A stretch of 64,000 bases of DNA. Origin: Bispira polyomma (lineage: Eukaryota). The notes under the pieces were generated by a model, which ran no database searches, was not told the origin of the DNA, and saw only the letters and a list, made by a program, of their open reading frames with translations. Location of the stretch: NCBI GenBank assembly GCA_965649765.1, contig OZ287748.1, forward strand, positions 48,856,001-48,920,000, given 5' to 3'. Positions 51,355 to 63,414 of the stretch are shown here, piece after piece. A program made the position numbers and the translations under genes. The number at the start of each line of letters is the position of its first letter. Position 1 is the stretch's first letter.

Positions 51355-52690
51355 GAACTCCCTGAAGTAAGTTTAACAAGATTATTTCAATGTTTGAAAC
51401 TGAATTTAAACAATATTGAATCAATAAATATATGAAAGTTAGTGTAAATTAAAGTTCATATCTGAAGTATAATAGTATTTCAATTCTATGCAGCATTTAA
51501 TATTCTCAGTATAATAAGTCTGATTTTTTTTTCAAATTATACAAAAGTAATCATAATATCAAACATTATACAAGATCTAAATTTGATTAATTTGGTACAA
51601 AGTCAAACTTTTAAAACAGATTAAAATATGTTCTAAAAAGTGTTACATTTTAAGCAAATGTACAAATTTTTAAAAGCAAATGTAAACTTTAAATGTAAAC
51701 TTTACGGTAATCTAGTTAAAAATGTACTTTGTCAAAATGTGTTCATGTCTTGTTTTTAAATTTGACTGGCAATCTTGACTTTGTCAACCATTTTATAATA
51801 CTCATATTTTTTTTGATAAATTGGTCTTCAATTGAGCTATCCATGGTACCGATTATTAAATCAGGATTAAACATAACTGAAACACTTTAGCTTATATATC
51901 AACATCTAAAATAAGCCTATTATATTGCATTCCAAATACTTCGCTTAATACTTCAAAACAATCAACTGTACATCCTTAAGTAATCCTATCAGCTTTATAA
52001 TCCTGAGAATTAAGTGTACATAATTCTTTTTATCTTTTTCTGTTAATTTTTTTAATTAGGGGCTGTCATTTAATTAAAGACATCGGGTTATTTTGGAACA
52101 TTAAATAAACATTTCTAGAACACTTTCTATGGTACCATGAAAAGCCAATGACGGTGGTAACTTAAATTATTGAAAAATACAAATTCCTAATAATATTAAT
52201 ACAATATTTGCATAATCCCTCATAAGAAACTATTACACAAAAATGAGATGTGTGAAACTGAACAGTTATACTTGTATCTCATATTAATTAATTTGATTCG
52301 AAGAATTTGTGAACCACATTAATTTTATGTGAAAATGACTTTTCTCCCTTACAGATATTCACCATAGTTTCTTTTGTACAGTAATCAGAATAAATGTGTT
52401 TAGTTTGTTTTTTTTCAATGGATTTGGCACCGAAATTGCGGATATACCCTTGTTGAACCAATCCTATGCTAGAATCCCAAAAAGTGTGGATCCAAAGGCT
52501 TTGTACTGAGCCAGAGTTCCACCTGAGCTGTTTAGTGTGTGCTGACTCATGGATACATGTTCTAGTGTCTTAAAACAGCTGACAGAGTCAGTTGGAACAA
52601 CGAATCCACATGTTTATGTACAGGATCTAATAGGAAACAAAGAAATTGGTAGCATTTGGTGTTTTAGTACACTGTATATAAATGGTGTGT

Positions 52691-52933
52691 GTGGGGCCAC
52701 GGTGGCTTAGTGGTTAGCAAGCATTGTGCTTCACAAAGACTGGTCTCTCACCTCTGGGCGGCGTGAGTTTGAATCCCGCGGATGCCTATGTGGGAAAGGC
52801 GGTAGTTCCTTACTGTGGGCCGCTGGTTTCAGTACAGAACCTTGACCGACTGTATGCAGTGTTTCCTCCAACTACCCGTCCCAATATAACCTACTAAAAG
52901 GTACTAGAGTGGACGTTAAATATTCAAATTCAA
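52691..52933 (+). mobile_element. tRNA-derived SINE, same family
   Basis: 15 bp TSD atataaatggtgtgt at 52676-52690 and 52934-52948. Confidence 0.93.
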
Positions 52934-53379
52934 ATATAAATGGTGTGTAACTTGATGTGTATATAGTGATGTCATATACTAGTGTGTAACTACTTATATT
53001 GGTAACTAACTGTAACCAAACATGTGATCAACTCGTTGCATGTCTTTATCAAGTTTCTTTTTATATGCATGGTTACTATGTTAAGATATTTTACTTGTAA
53101 CTTTTTAATGTTTACTTTAACTTGTCAATTGTATCACGTCTCTTAGGTTTTACACATACCTAATATATCCAGGTGACTTTTTGACTATGTTTTTAATTAT
53201 TCTGATGGTGTATGTAATGTATATTGATGCTTCTTATGTTACCACTTGCACTCAGGTACCTGTGTTGATCACATTGATTGTACTTGTAAATATGTAAACA
53301 AGTAATAACATTAAATAGTAGTATCATAACAATTTTTTTTAAATAATGTTCTCTTTATTCTATCTTTAAAATAATAATA

Positions 53380-53510
53380 TGTGTTTTATTGTTGTACATA
53401 AATACTCCTGTACAATTGGTGTCTGTAACAAGGTACATGTTTTATTGTTGTACATAAATACTTCTGTACAATTGGTGTCTGTAACAAGGTACATGTTTTA
53501 TTGTTGTACC
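53380..53510. repeat. Short tandem repeat, 53 bp x ~2.5
   Basis: tgttttattgttgtacataaatact..ctgtacaattggtgtctgtaacaaggtaca repeated. Confidence 0.85.
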
Positions 53511-53552
53511 TTTTTTACGTCAATATATAACATATATACACGAAGACAATTA

Positions 53553-54144
53553 GGCTGTTCTACTGGTAGCGTTTCAGATACTTATCTGTGAACTCCGCCC
53601 ACCTGCGCAGTAACAGAGATACTTAACTATTTTGCCACCAGTCGCACAGGAAAGATAAGTATTTACAAACGAAGGCAAACGGAAATTGACGAAAAACAGA
53701 CTCGAAATGTAGCACATGCATGATAGGCGATATAGCAATATTTTACATACAAAACAATATTTTAATGAATGCTAACCTATTTGATTAATTATGTATCCAT
53801 ATAATATACCTATTCAAACAAATATGTGTACATTTAAAAGAATATTTACTTCTATTTTCATCATTTTATAAAACGTAACACATGGTGGTCACCTAGTCAA
53901 AAATCGAAGACAACTAAATATCCTAATATGGAAGTTAATACTTCAGAGTGCTCTTCACTGAAACATATCAAAACCTAATATTTGTAAGGCAGTCACGTGA
54001 TTTATTTAGAAAGTTAACCAGCGAGATACGTGTATAACTTTGATACTTATCTTTTTTGGATATTGACCAGACGAACAGTGAGAGATACTTATCTTTCTTT
54101 CAGATTAAATAAGATAAGTATCTTTGCTACCAGTCGAACGTGCC
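53553..54144. mobile_element. PIF/Harbinger-like MITE, copy 2
   Basis: TIR GGC(T/AC)GTTC(T/G)ACTGGTAGC..AGATACTTATCT; homologous along its length to 6764-7372. Confidence 0.85.
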
Positions 54145-54474
54145 TATTGATTCAATAATTAAATAATTATAAGGAGAAATAACAGAACTTGGACATGGGA
54201 TTTAAAGTGAGAAGTAACATTCATGTCACAGTAATGGCTGTTTAATCTAACCGTTTGATGAATGGCAATACATAGAATTCTATACTTCTACGACGTTTCA
54301 AGTCTTGCTATAGGAGTACATTATGATCTCAGACACACGCAATATGGAGTGGGATTTTTTGGACTTTCCATATTATTGTGTAAGTTTACACGTTGCCTAT
54401 CAGCTTACATACATTACAAAACTAACTCCTGCACCTTCTGCGAAAAAATAGAGTTGGGAAACAAACCTACTTAC

Positions 54475-55270
54475 CGGATTTTTGTAGAAAACTATAGTGT
54501 AGAAAACTATAGTGGTGATCAAACTGCTAGTACATCAGTCGTCATGTAATATAGGCCAGTAAATCCTGTGGTGAAAAAGAACATAGTTAAGTTCAAAGCC
54601 GGAGTAAGAAGAGATTTGATTAGAGTTGAGGTATATAGCAGTAGTAGCTGTCTATACTGTATCCATTCTTGTACAGAGTTCAAAGAGTACACACAACAGT
54701 CTTCACACATACTACACAACACTAATAATTTCTAAATCACCGGACACATAAAGTCTTCATCTTGACCATTGTGTGTCCAGATTTAAAACCCCTGTTGTAA
54801 CTTTCTGTAAATCACTAGACTGCTGGAGTCACCTAGACTTGTATTGTTTTAGATATAGGTCTTACAACCGGACTTGTGAGCAGTTCATCTGGATCCTACA
54901 GCTTATCTGGATTTGCTGTTCTAGTGTTAGTGCCTAGTTGAGCCCACGAGCGTTACTGTGTAAACAGTATTACTCAGGCAGTCAGAGGCAGCACACTGTG
55001 CAACATACTCTTAAGTCTTGAGTGAACAAACACTGATCTGTTGTCTAATCTACTGAGACAAAACCAATGGCAAGTGAACAGTATTGTTGAGCACACAGTG
55101 GCTTCACAAGAAGTCACAATAACGGAACAGGTCAGAGTTTGTGGGTAGACATCGTTTTAGAAGAGTTTGAGGTCACCTATTGATGTAATAACGCCAGTAG
55201 ACTGCTTAGAGAGAGTGAAGTGTCTGTGTAAGAAAGGTAGTACAAGTAAACATCACAGTAAACAAAAAGT
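54475..55270 (-). promoter_or_regulatory. Candidate 5' non-coding exon and promoter region of the C11orf96-like gene
   Basis: Donor CCG|GTAAGT at 54475/54474 on minus; unique sequence; in-frame upstream TGA is consistent with 5' UTR; three GTAAACA forkhead motifs at 54960, 55246 and 55258. Confidence 0.4.
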
Positions 55271-55278
55271 CCACACAA

Positions 55279-56340
55279 CCTGAGTGAGTGGCCGAGTACA
55301 TTGAGTGGTGCTAATAGTGTGTAAGTTATAGAGATCACTTATACAGTCCACTGTTAGAGAGCACAGTCCAACACACAGCCTAACACACAGTCTGTCACAC
55401 AGCCTAACACAGCCTTACACACAGCCTAACACACAGCCTTACACACAGCCTAACACACAGCCTAACAGACAGCCTGTCACAGCCTTACACACATCCTGTC
55501 ACAGCCTTACACACAGCCTAACACACAGCCTGACAGACAGCCTGTCACAGCCCTACAGACATCCTGTCACAGCCTTACAGCCTAACACACAGCCTGACTG
55601 ACAGCCTGTCACAGCCCTACAGACATCCTGTCACAGCCTTACACACAGCCTAACACACAGCCTGACAGACAGCCTGTCACAGTCTTACACACATCCTGTC
55701 ACAGCCTTACAGACAGCCTAACACATAGCTTTCAAAGTCTTACACAAAGCCTTACATACAGCCTGCCACAGCCTAACAGACACCCTAACACACAGCCTAA
55801 CACAGCCTTTCACAGTCTTACACACAGCCTTACATACAGCTTGCCACAGCCTAACAGACACCCTAACACATAGCCTGTCACAGTCTAACACACAGCCTTA
55901 CATAGTCTTACATACAGACTAATACACAACCTAACACAACCTGTCACAGCCTAACACAGCATGTTACAGCCTTACACTTATCCTAACACACAGCCTGTCA
56001 CAGCCTAACAGACAGCATAACACACACCCTAACACACAGCCTAACACAAAGCCTGAGTGAGTAGCCTGCTACACTGAGTGGTGCTAATAGTGTGCAAGTT
56101 TTAGAGATCACTTATACAGTGTCATGTTAGAGAGTGCACAGCCTAATACACAGCCTGTCACAGCCTAACAGACAGCCTGACACAGCCTTACACACAGCCT
56201 AACACTCAGCCTGAGTGAGTGACCTGGTACACTGAGTGGTGCTAATAGTGTGCAAGTTATAGAGGTCATTTATACGGTCCACTGTTAGAGAGTGCACAGT
56301 CTAACACACAGCCTAACACACAGTCTGCCACACACCCAAG
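55279..56340. repeat. Composite tandem repeat: (acacagcctaac)-type array interleaved with three ~85 bp units
   Basis: cctgagtgagt..actgagtggtgctaatagtgtg..agagatcacttatacagt at ~55279, 56052 and 56210, separated by CAGCC-rich short repeats. Confidence 0.9.
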
Positions 56341-56344
56341 CATA

Positions 56345-56493
56345 CTTAACTGATACCTTTAAAAAAGCTAATTTAGAAACTTTCTGTAAAGTTTTTCTCC
56401 ACCTGATTTCTTTAGCAATGTTGTAACAATAGCTGCCTTGTATTGAGGGGGCATCTCAGTGCTTGATAATGAAGGCTTAATTTTCTTCGTCAC
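56345..56493 (-). mobile_element. L2 LINE, part left of the Ngaro insertion
   Basis: Aligns to 21420-21568; continues at 61909. Confidence 0.8.
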
Positions 56494-57465
56494 TGCCACA
56501 AAGTAGCATGGCTAGTCAGCTGTAAAAATTTTATATATTGCAGTACCGTCTATTTCAAAACTATTTGCTTATCACAGCCGTTCCAACCCCAGTGCTGCAT
56601 CTGGATATCAGCACTAAATTACCCTCTTACTGTCCTTAGCGTTTTCGCACCTTTTTCATGATAAGCTTACCAATTAGTCAAAAGGCAAGACCCTCTTACT
56701 CTCCTCGGCGTTTTTGCACCCTTTTCATGATAAGCTCACTAATAAGTCAGAAGTCAAACTACCAACAACAAAAATCTTCAGAGACCATATTGGAAATTTT
56801 TACAAAATCTTCTTAAAAATCAAATTGACTTTTTAGGTGTTTATTATTTTACAAAGATACAAGAGTTTTCATACAGAAGCCAATACTGTGCATCCTTTGT
56901 GCTATTTTGTGTGGATACTTCTTAAAAATGGGTAGATAAAAAAAGAGAAACTCTACTGACACAGCTTTGTGCTCCAGATGTGAAATCTTTTACACACGAC
57001 CAGTCGGAAACAGATGCAAACGCACTGCAGACACAGGGAATAGCATTCTTCACCAATCCAGGTTTGACACTGATGACCTTAGCAGTGTTTCTGAGAGAAA
57101 TGAGCAAGTGAGTAATAAAATTTTTTACCGTGATGCATACACCACTCAGCAAACTATGATGGAAACTTTTTTAATTACAGTTTGTGATGTGTCAGATTTA
57201 GATTACGAAAAGACAAAGATTACTCGTGTTTCTACTCATAACCCACCTCGAGGTTCTCACACAGGGTTACCCACTTCACTAGGTCTTTATCATTCTGGAT
57301 GAGCGACGACTGCTTCAGAACTTCGGGAGTCGGTAGAATGGTGTCTTTGAAAGAATGTTGGGTTGCTTTGTGGTCATACTGGTAATGTGGACTAGTTGGT
57401 TGGTGTGTTGAAAAATCTGCTGTGAGAGGTTGAGGCGCGAATGCGCTGGCAGTGTTTCCTCTGTG

Positions 57466-57686
57466 GCTTCACAATCACTGGTCTCTCACCTCTGGGTGGC
57501 GTGAGTTTCAATCCCGTCGATGCCTATGTGGGAAAGGTGGTAGTTCCTTACTGTGAGCCGCTGGTTTCAGTGCAGAACCTTGATCAACTGCATGCAGTGT
57601 TTCCTCCATCGTTTCCAACTACCCGTCCCAATATAACCTAAACAGGTACTAGAGTGGACGTTAAATATTCAAATTCAATTCAATTT
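57466..57686 (+). mobile_element. tRNA-derived SINE, 5'-truncated, inside Ngaro gag
   Basis: Matches the 50759 family from gcttcacaatcactgg to the (caaatt)n tail; no A box and no TSD. Confidence 0.9.
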
Positions 57687-58861
57687 CGACTCAACAAGAA
57701 TATAAATCCACATCCCGAGGCAAAATGCTACAAAATACATAGACACCCAAACGCACCCGCGAACGCACCCCAAAAGGAACACAGACTGCTAACAGACACC
57801 ACAGCTACTCACCTTAAGTTGAATTCTGATGTTGCCAATAGCCATTGTGTGCTTACAGGAAGTGGTGATTTAATGAGTAACATTGACAGAAAAACTATAT
57901 TAATTTAATAATTAAATAATTTTATAAATAATTTAAGTTGTAAATTCAATGAATCAATTGCTCAACTGAGTTATGGTGATGCCAGTAAGACATCACAAGT
58001 ATTGCCTGACAGTAGTATTTTCAAAGACATATGTAGGCAAGAATTGCCAGTTAATTTGGAAAATATTGATTCGTTTCAGTGTGACAATAACAGTCACAAG
58101 ACACCATTTGTTTCTTATATAGTAGACATTTATGTTAGTACCAGTAACTTTAATCCTGATTGTCTAACTTATTATTATATTGTTTTTCATGATGATCCAG
58201 GAATATCAGGTGTATACAAATGGACTTGTTGTCATAATATGTGGTGCTTACAACAAACCCCCTATACATTGGACAATATGTGGCCATTATCCTATGTGAA
58301 CACCAGTTGTACTACAGTCTTACAATACACTTTTTCAAATCAGTCAAAAATTCCTCCAAAGCATAATGTGGCCCATACACATACAAAAATTGGACAAACC
58401 TTTTATTATACAGATATCATTGACAATATTTGAAAACAAAATTTTCAACAACAGAACTATTCAAACAGTAATCATCAGGTTCACTTACCCATTGAGAATC
58501 ATACAAATCAAGAAACTACAATAATGCATAATGACGTTATGATTCAAAAACCTATATAAGTGCATAATGAAACCTCTATGATTCAAAAACCTACATTAGT
58601 GCATAATGAAGACGTCATGATTAATGATATTTTGCCAGTTGAATCATCAGACACTAGTATTGACAATGTCAAACATGAAGCCCTTCTTATTTCTAGTTAT
58701 AGAGCTTATGGTTTCATACCACACAGACAGAAAAACTTCACATTCGTAGGCCCAGACAGGCAAGAAGTTCACATAAATTCTTATGACAAACTCATTGAAA
58801 TTGCTGATATGGTTAAGAATTCTGGAGTTTCCAATTATAAACAATTTAGGATACCTCTTAA

Positions 58862-59200
58862 GAGTGATTGCCAGAGGTTTCGCTTAATGACGTTTTCGCT
58901 GCTTTTTTGTATACAGTCCAACTTAAACCATGAATGCTTTAATTATCATCTATTATAACTGAAATTGGAAACACCTACGCTAAAGGACATATTAATAGCT
59001 TTCTAGTGACAATAAAACGAAAATTTTAAGTCAAGTATTTATATAGATACAGCCATTTATTTAATACAAATTTTCAAGAAAACGTCATAAAATAAATAAT
59101 GCGGACTTGTAATTAAAATACATTTCCAGCAAAACCCCTAAATTTAACAGCGAAATAACTATACAGCCAATCGGGAAATCCAGTGAAACCTCTGGACACC
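58862..59200. mobile_element. 339 bp MITE inserted in Ngaro pol
   Basis: Subterminal IR CCAGAGGTTTC(G/A)CT; removal restores IPLKSNLKV; duplicated target TTAA (alternatively cttaagagt). Confidence 0.8.
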
Positions 59201-60741
59201 TTAAGAGTAACCTCAAAGTTGAAAATTAGAAGAAATATTTGACAGACTATCCTGACAATATCATATTACAATACATTGAATGTGGCTTTCCTATTTCTAT
59301 GATTTTTATGATAGAGATATACTAACAGTTTAAAATGTTAAGAACCAATACTCAGCTAGAACTTTTCCAGAAGCTGTTGACCAATATTTTGTCACAGAAC
59401 TCGAACGAGGCACTTTAGTGGGCCCAGTTAGTTCTGACCTTCACCCCGACATACATTGCTCTCCACTTTTGACTGTACCTAAGGACATTGACAAGTGACT
59501 GCACTGTTAAAACAGAGTACAACACAATCAACTTCACCTTAACATTACCGATCATTGACCAAATAACTTTTCGCATTATGGACATATAACCTAAGGCGAC
59601 CTTTGTAAAAGTGGACGTAGCTCACACCTTTTGTCACCTCAGAATAGACCCTTATGACTGTTTGAAACCGGGTAATATCTGGAAAAAGCAATGTTTCTTG
59701 ATTTAAGTTTTACTTTTGGTCTTACTCATAGGACTGCTGCTTTTATGATGACCTCTGACTGTGTCACTTTCATAATGAAACAAAAAGATTACACAGTTAT
59801 GAACTACATTGATGACTTCATACTCATGGAACATGAACATAAGGCTACCTAAGGCTAGCTTTTGAAACATTACAGCAAATACTAGACTTAGCTCTTCCTA
59901 TTACCCCCAGCAAACTAATACCTCCCAGCAAACGAGTTACATGTATGGGCATTGTTATTGACATTGAAGAAGAAACACTCAGTATAGACAAAGACAAACT
60001 AAATTCGATTCACAATACTTGCCTCGATTTTGAATACTTAGGGAAAGTTTGGCAACAAAAGTACCAGTTGTTGCTTGGTAAGCTACTATATATACATCGC
60101 TGTAATAAACCATCTTGGATTTTCATAAACAGGATGCTTGCTTTACTTCCTCAGTCCATGAGTCATAAGACCATCATTCTAAACAACGAGTTTCATAAAG
60201 ATTTACAGTGGTTTCTGCTTTTTTCTAAAGCAGTTAAATGTTACTTGCAAGTACAATTATTTAAACAAAGATAATGACATCTTGTTACGGGTTGATGCCT
60301 GCCTATCAGGCATAGGTGGCATCTTAGATAACAAAGTATTTAAGATTACTCTTCCTTTTTTCATGACTGACAATTTTTTTCATTGTACATTTCGAAATGG
60401 TCAGCGTTTTAATAGCATTAAAACTATGGGGCCGTGAATGTAAAAATAAAAAAATTAAGATTCAGTCTGACAACATAACTGTGGTGGCTGTTGTGCAGTC
60501 TTCTAAGACCATAGATGATTATCTAGGCCTATGCCTCCGAAACATATGGCAAATCTGCGCTACAAAAAATATTGACTTAAATATCAGTCATATACCAGGT
60601 AAAGACAATGTAATCGCAGATGCTTTATATCAGTGGTATGAATCAGTGCATTATGGTGATTATGTAAAAAATCTTATTACAGACAACTTCATCATGTATG
60701 ACGTTCCACTTGACTTATTTACCCTTGACAGTTATATATAA

Positions 60742-61722
60742 TTTGAGACACTTCCTAACCAGCCACGTCACTGGTAAAAGACGCTTTAAGATGTTCAGAA
60801 AAGAGCCACAAACCAAGAACACAGAAACAGTATGACAACCAGTTTCGATTGTTTCCGAGTTTCACAGTCTGTTATGACTTAAAACAAACTTTTAATAGTA
60901 ATATAGCTTTCTTTGAGTTCCTGACTCAATCAGGAATCTCTCACAAAGTCATCACAAATTATCTCTCAGCATTAAAACATAACACCAAAGTGTTGAACAA
61001 ACAAAACACAAGGTCTTTATGATCCCAGATTACCTCTTTATACTAGATCCCTAGAGATCACCTCCAAGTATACTTCCAAGGTCAAAGGGGTTTTTAACTT
61101 AAATCAGCTCTTACAAATTTCTCACACATGTAAACAACTTCAGTATCCTGAATTATTTAGGACAGCTTTCCTGTTAGCATTTTTGGGTTTCCTACGTATA
61201 TTAAATCCGACACCCTCTTTAGGTACCCCCTTTGACCCCACAAGACATCTTACAAGGTCAGATATATTATTTGCTCCTCCTGGTATCCACTTAATAATAA
61301 AATGGTTCAATACAAACCAGTCTAGGATTTCTCCTGATATTATACAATTACCACTATTCAGCAACCCTTGGTTGTGTCCTGTTAGGACTGCAAAATCCTT
61401 CTTTCAAAAATATCCACTTGGATCCATGGATCCTCTGCTAGCAAATCCTTCAAACAAAGGTCTTTGCTTAACTGACAACAAGTTAAGATCTGCTTTAAAA
61501 CTTATTCTCACACAGTTAAACATACCCACTGAAGGTCATTCTTTCCATTGTTTCAGGCGCTCTGGCACCTCCTTAGCCTGTAATTTCAACATAAAACTCC
61601 AGCACATCCAAAAACATTGGTGCTGGAAGTCAGATGCAGTGTGGACTTACTTACCAATAACTTCTCATGCTTCTTTTATCATCCCCACCACCTTTGCTTA
61701 TCTTGTTTCGTCCAAATTTTAG
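60742..61722 (+). pseudogene. Tyrosine recombinase of second Ngaro-like element
   Basis: NYLSALK, AFLGFLRI, RSDILFAPPGIHLIIKW, LCPV, HCFRRSG, WKSDAVWTY; 5' part frameshifted. Confidence 0.9.
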
Positions 61723-61908
61723 TTTGGCTTTGGCATTTTAAAATTTTAGTTCTAATATAAAATTTTCTGTTTAGTTGTACATTGAAGCTAAAGATTTATA
61801 AATAACTATTCCAAACTGCATCTGACTTCTTACCCCTCAAACTTCCCATACAAGGTCAAACTCCATCTTATGACCTTGACCTCAAAACTCATTGATTCGG
61901 CTGTTGTC

Positions 61909-63400
61909 ACAATGGAAGGCACCTATTAAGGAGCCATGTGAGAATTGGATCACACGATTTAGTTTGTGTCTAAGTAAAGATTTTCCCCTGATTCCTGTGA
62001 AAGTAATTAATATTGGCACAAGGTATCACAACTAGGAAACATCTGGTTAAATTTATTAAATTCATCACTGGGAGAAAACTGCTGCGTGATATTTCCAATT
62101 TTGCTATCAAAGTAATCTGCAAAGTCATCAGCGAGCATTTTGAAAATAACCTTTTGGTTGACTTTACATTATATTATTGTAAAAGACAGATTTAGATTTT
62201 CTTATTAAAGTTAGTGACAATATTCCTTTGCATCTTGAATGCATCAAAATCCTTTGGATCTTTAGTGTCTAACCACCTGCGCTCTATTCTTCTCCTAATT
62301 TGTTTGTTCTTTTTGAGTTTGTTGTCATACCATTCTCTTTCAGGTCGAATTAACTTGTTCCGTGTTGTGGAGCATGCTCATTCAGAAGATTAGCCAGGGT
62401 TTTATTGTAGGTATTTATGAGTGTATCAGTATCAACAATATCTTCATCATTATATAGACAAGACTCTTTAATATCTTGCTTGAGCTGTTATGAATCTATG
62501 GCCTTTGTTTTTTTCTTTTTACTGTCTTCAGCTCTAGTTTAGGCTTTGCAACAGGATTATCACATAAGATGGCACGGTGATCGGATACATGCATATCAAG
62601 CACTGTGTTCAACTATGGGTATTCACTATATTTTGTTATAATGCAGTCCAGTATGTGGCCAGACTTGTGTGTAGGATGCCCGATGTGCTGTACTAATCCA
62701 TAGATCTGCAGGCAATTTAAGCATAGTTTACTGTGGATCATTAGGAATGTCCAAGTGAAAATTGAAATCTCCACATATAATTAGTTTGTTTCCAGTGATT
62801 GTAAGCTGTTCAATTAAGTTGGAAAATTATGTGAAAAATGTGGACATTTTACCCCTGGTGTTCAAGGTGATTTAGAGATTACGACTAACTTGAAGGACAC
62901 TGAGTTAATAGTTATTTGAGTTATCATAACCTCAAAGCTTGAATAGGTGCAATGTGACTCTTGTTCTATTTTAAAACCATCTTTGAAGATAACTGCAACA
63001 CTGCCACCACATTGGTTACTTCGATTAACCTGTCTGATATTGTATCCTGTGGGACAAAGATCGCCAACCAATTGCTGGTCATCATCAGAAAGCTAAGTTT
63101 TAGTAATAGCACAAATATTCAAATTATTCTCAATGATGAAATCTTGAATAGTCTTACATTTATTTCGGACAGACTGAAAATTAAACAAAGACAATTTTGT
63201 ACGAGATGCTGATCTTGTCTCTGTTGGTCGGATGTATAAGAGAGCGTTAGTATTTTTCTGATTTTTGTCCTTTGATGCTACTAGATGAAGGTACATTTCC
63301 ACAAAATGTTTGAATGTTATTTAAATGTTTAGATCCCTTACATCCTCTATAGGTCTTTGTACTACAAATATCATTTTTCCTAAGAAGTGTTATGAAAATG
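61909..63400 (-). mobile_element. L2 LINE ORF2 5' part (APE endonuclease + linker)
   Basis: LFNFQSVRNK..ICAITKT, GGSVAVIFK, GDFNFHLD, PTHKSGHILD; same family as 21180-22120. Confidence 0.88.
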
Positions 63401-63414
63401 AAATAAAAATGGAA

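Larger units (their letters stand above)
56494..61908 (+). mobile_element. Second Ngaro-like YR retrotransposon (gag, pol, YR; heavily decayed; 3' repeats missing), nested in an L2
   Basis: gag start 56928 MGR*..CSRC..RPVGNRC and end HPEAKC; RT HCSPLLTVPK, KVDVA, MNYIDDF, LLGKLLYI; RNaseH DAC..GIGG, SDNITVV, NVIADAL; YR FLGFLRI..CPV..HSFHCFRRSG..WKSDAVWTY ending at 61722. Confidence 0.9.

Noticed and set aside
50759-52933. tRNA genes (A and B boxes)
   Set aside because: The heads continue into a shared ~170 bp body and tail with TSDs and no cloverleaf 3' end; they are SINEs
58002-58433. 143 aa ORF as an extra cargo gene in the Ngaro element
   Set aside because: No recognisable domain; it lies in the long, variable N-terminal region of pol and is likely a broken part of it
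61183-61722. Phage integrase or Crypton, suggesting horizontal transfer
   Set aside because: It directly follows RT-RNaseH in DIRS/Ngaro order and parallels the YR at 11964
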